64,000 nt of DNA from an uncultured Actinomycetota bacterium (GTDB taxonomy: Bacteria; Actinomycetota; Actinomycetes; Actinomycetales; CAWJMD01), in NCBI GenBank assembly GCA_963715595.1, contig OY970255.1, positions 1,663,784-1,727,783 of the forward strand, read 5' to 3'. Below are positions 61,471 to 64,000 of the stretch, in pieces. Within the stretch, counting starts at the first letter, position 1; each line of letters begins with the position of its first letter. The notes under the pieces are model-generated. The model saw only the letters and a program-made list of their open reading frames with translations. It was not told the origin of the DNA and ran no database searches. The position numbers were made by a program, and so were the translations under genes.

Positions 61471-61595
61471 CTCGAACGCCGGGGTGCCCGGACGCGCCGA
61501 CGACGCCTCGGGCGCGACGGGGTCGGGCGCGTCGGCGTGCTGGGTGGCGGGGGCCTCGGGGTGGTGCTCACGGCGGGACGCGGCGCGGCCGCGGG

Positions 61596-62483
61596 TCAGG
61601 CGACCCGGCCGCGGGCGACGAGCTCGCGGGCGAGCTGGCGGTACGCCTCGGCGCCGGCGTGGCCGGACGCGTAGCGGGTGATCGGCGTGGCCACGACCGA
61701 CGCCTCGGGGAACTTCACCGTGCGCCCGATCACGGTGTGGAACACCCGGTCGCCGAAGGCCTCGACGAGCCGCTGCACGACCTCGCGGCTGTGCAGGGTG
61801 CGGGCGTCGTACATCGTGGCGAGGATGCCGTCGAGCTCGAGCCGCTCGTTCAGCCGGTCCTGGATCTTCTCGATCGTCTCCATCAGCAGCGCGACGCCGC
61901 GCAGGGCGAAGAACTCGCACTCCAGCGGGATCAGCACGCCGTGCGCGGCCGTGAGCGCGTTGACGGTGAGCAGGCCCAGCGAGGGCTGGCAGTCGATCAG
62001 GACGACGTCGTACTCGTCCACGACCGGGCGCAGCACCCGGCCCAGGATCTGCTCGCGCGCGACCTCGCCGACCAGCTGCACCTCGGCGGCCGACAGGTCG
62101 ATGTTGGCGGGCAGCAGGTCGAGACCCGGCGCGTCGGTGGTGCGGATGACGTCGTGGATGTCGACGCCGCGCTCCATCAGCAGGTTGTAGATCGTCGGGT
62201 CGAGCTCGTGCGGGTTGCTGCCGAGACCCACCGACAGGGCGCCCTGGGGGTCGAAGTCGACCAGCAGCACCTTGCGGCCGTACTCGGCGAGCGCGGCACC
62301 CAGGTTGATCGTCGAGGTGGTCTTGCCGACCCCGCCCTTCTGGTTGCACATGGCGATCACGCGGGCCGGGCCGTGCGCGCCGAGCGGCTTGGGCGAGGGG
62401 AACCTCGGGAGCGGTCGACCGGTCGGACCGAGGCCGGCCTCGGCGGGCTCCGCGGAGGCGGAGCCGGACGTCGTGCTGCTCAC
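61596..62483 (-). CDS. ParA/Soj-family ATPase
   Basis: A deviant Walker A motif, [16 protein letters not shown], and the ParA fold. It sits in the conserved xerD-parA-scpA-scpB context. Confidence 0.9.
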   Translation of the reverse strand: MSSTTSGSASAEPAEAGLGPTGRPLPRFPSPKPLGAHGPARVIAMCNQKGGVGKTTSTINLGAALAEYGRKVLLVDFDPQGALSVGLGSNPHELDPTIYNLLMERGVDIHDVIRTTDAPGLDLLPANIDLSAAEVQLVGEVAREQILGRVLRPVVDEYDVVLIDCQPSLGLLTVNALTAAHGVLIPLECEFFALRGVALLMETIEKIQDRLNERLELDGILATMYDARTLHSREVVQRLVEAFGDRVFHTVIGRTVKFPEASVVATPITRYASGHAGAEAYRQLARELVARGRVA

Positions 62484-62566
62484 GGGTGGGATCAGCCTCT
62501 GGGTGCTCGGGGGCGGTGGCTCGCGTGCGGTGGCGCGGGGGCCGTGCAGGTCGTCGCGACCCTATC

Positions 62567-63560
62567 TCAGCGCGCCCGCGGGTGGGCCCCGGCGTAGACC
62601 TCGCGGAGCCGGTCGATCGTCACCAGCGTGTAGACCTGCGTGGTGGTCACCGAGGCGTGGCCGAGCAGCTCCTGCACCACCCGCACGTCGGCGCCGCCCT
62701 CGAGCAGGTGGGTGGCGAACGAGTGCCGCAGCGTGTGCGGCGAGACGTGGCCGGTCAGGCCGCGCGCGGTCGGCGGCCGCCCGCAGCACCGTCCAGGCGC
62801 TCTGGCGCGACAGCCGTCCGCCCCGGGTGTTGAGGAACACGGCGGGACCGCCGGCGCCCGAGGTCGCGAGCACCGGGCGCGCGCGCACGACGTAGGCCTG
62901 CAGGGCGCGGACGGCGTACGACCCGAGCGGTACCACCCGCTCCTTCCCGCCCTTGCCGAGCAGCCGGACAGCGGCCCCGCCCGCGGACGCCGCCGCGGCG
63001 GCCCCCTCGTGCACCTGCGGCGGCAGGTCGTCGAGGTCGAGCCCGACCGCCTCGCTGATGCGCGCCCCGGTGGCGTAGAGCACCTCGAGCAGCGCCCGGT
63101 CGCGCAGCGCGCCGGGGGTGTCGCCGACCGCCGCGGCCTCGAGCAGCCGGCGCACCTCGTCGACCGAGATCGCCTTGGGCAGCCGCTTCGGCGCCTGCGG
63201 GGGACGCACGTCGTCGGACGGGTCGGTCGGCGTCACGCCCTCGCGGGCCAGGAACCGGTGCCAGCCCCGCACCGCCACGACCGTGCGCGCCGCCGAGGTC
63301 GCGGTCAGCGCCGGACGCCCGTCGTCGCCGGTGCGCAGCGCCGCGAGGAAGTCGGACACGTGCTGCGCCTGCACCTCCCGCGGCGCGCCGACGCCGCGGG
63401 CGGCGAGGTACGCGACGTACCGGTCGAGGTCGCGCCGGTACGCCGACAGGGTGTTGCCGGCCAGCCCGCGCTCGACCTCGAGGTGCTCGAGGTACCCGCG
63501 CAGGTGCCGCCGGACCGTCTCGGACGGGCCCGGCGGCGCCTGCGACGCGGACGAGGTCAG
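62567..63560 (-). CDS. xerD: Site-specific tyrosine recombinase XerD with one apparent frameshift and no canonical start codon
   Basis: The N-terminal [26 protein letters not shown] is followed by ARISEAVGL and [14 protein letters not shown]. After ~62760 the true C-terminus ([52 protein letters not shown]) is in another frame and ends at 62567. Confidence 0.85.
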
Positions 63561-64000
63561 GCGAGCACCTCCGCCGGGTCGACGGCGTCGATGCCGTGCG
63601 CCTCGCCGACGGGGACGTTGGTCAGGCGACCGGCGTGGGTGTTCAGGCCGAGCGCCAGCGACCGGTCGTCGCGGCAGGCGTCCTGCCAGCCGCGGTTCGC
63701 CACCCGCACCACGTACGGCAGCGTCACGTTGGTGAGGGCGTAGGTCGAGGTGTTCGGCACGGCGCCCGGCATGTTCGCCACGCAGTAGAAGACCGAGTCG
63801 TGCACCGGGTAGGTCGGGTCGGCGTGGGTGGTGGCGTGGGAGTCCTCGAAGCAGCCGCCCTGGTCGATGGCGATGTCGACGAGCACCGAGCCCGGCTTCA
63901 TCCGCGACACCAGCTCGTTGGTGACCAGCTTCGGCGCGGCTGCACCGGGGATCAGCACCGCGCCGATCACCATGTCGGCCTCGAGCACCTGCTGCTGGAT
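63557..64000 (-). CDS. ald: Alanine dehydrogenase (C-terminal part; the gene continues beyond the window)
   Basis: [32 protein letters not shown] and [12 protein letters not shown] are typical Ald motifs. Confidence 0.9.
   Translation of the reverse strand: MQQQVLEADMVIGAVLIPGAAAPKLVTNELVSRMKPGSVLVDIAIDQGGCFEDSHATTHADPTYPVHDSVFYCVANMPGAVPNTSTYALTNVTLPYVVRVANRGWQDACRDDRSLALGLNTHAGRLTNVPVGEAHGIDAVDPAEVLA

Overview
This is a very high-GC actinobacterial chromosome segment. The proteins and gene order look Micrococcales/Cellulomonas-like, but that is only a guess. Most of the window is core genome, and three blocks are syntenic with mycobacterial or corynebacterial loci that I recognise from memory. 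The first block (32.0-40.9 kb, minus strand) runs gcvP with a glycine riboswitch, MerR, DUF151 nuclease, MerR/FtsR-like, garA/odhI, gcvH, DUF881, small basic protein, DUF881 and pgsA (Rv1822-Rv1832-like). The second (42.2-46.2 kb) is glpD, TetR and a divergent FAD-linked oxidase (Rv2249c-Rv2251-like). The third (55.2-64.0 kb) is der, cmk, tyrA, aroH, rluB, scpB, scpA, parA, xerD and ald. Other clear genes are pyruvate carboxylase, sbcCD, a sigK/rskA-like ECF pair, adenosine deaminase and tRNA-Pro(GGG). Accessory-looking content includes a partial integrative module at the left edge (two tyrosine recombinases around an XRE regulator), which is truncated by the window. It also includes a translationally coupled operon (membrane protein, TrmH-family RNA methyltransferase, Arr rifampin ADP-ribosyltransferase) next to a VanY-like peptidase. 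Further items are a DUF222/HNH gene, an actRel-type DUF429 plus RelA/SpoT fusion next to a YciO homologue, and a small decayed gene set beside tRNA-Pro. I found no CRISPR array, rRNA or recognisable multi-gene defence system, and I cannot point to a clearly novel system. The most interesting candidates are the recombinase module, the arr operon and the actRel locus. A dominant technical feature is at least 17 reading-frame breaks in conserved genes, mostly 1-nt changes in short homopolymer runs. These look like assembly errors rather than real pseudogenes. A nonsense codon and two internal deletions look like genuine decay. Many very long ORFs in the supplied track are antisense or off-frame GC artefacts. 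All start codons are inferred by eye and many are uncertain.
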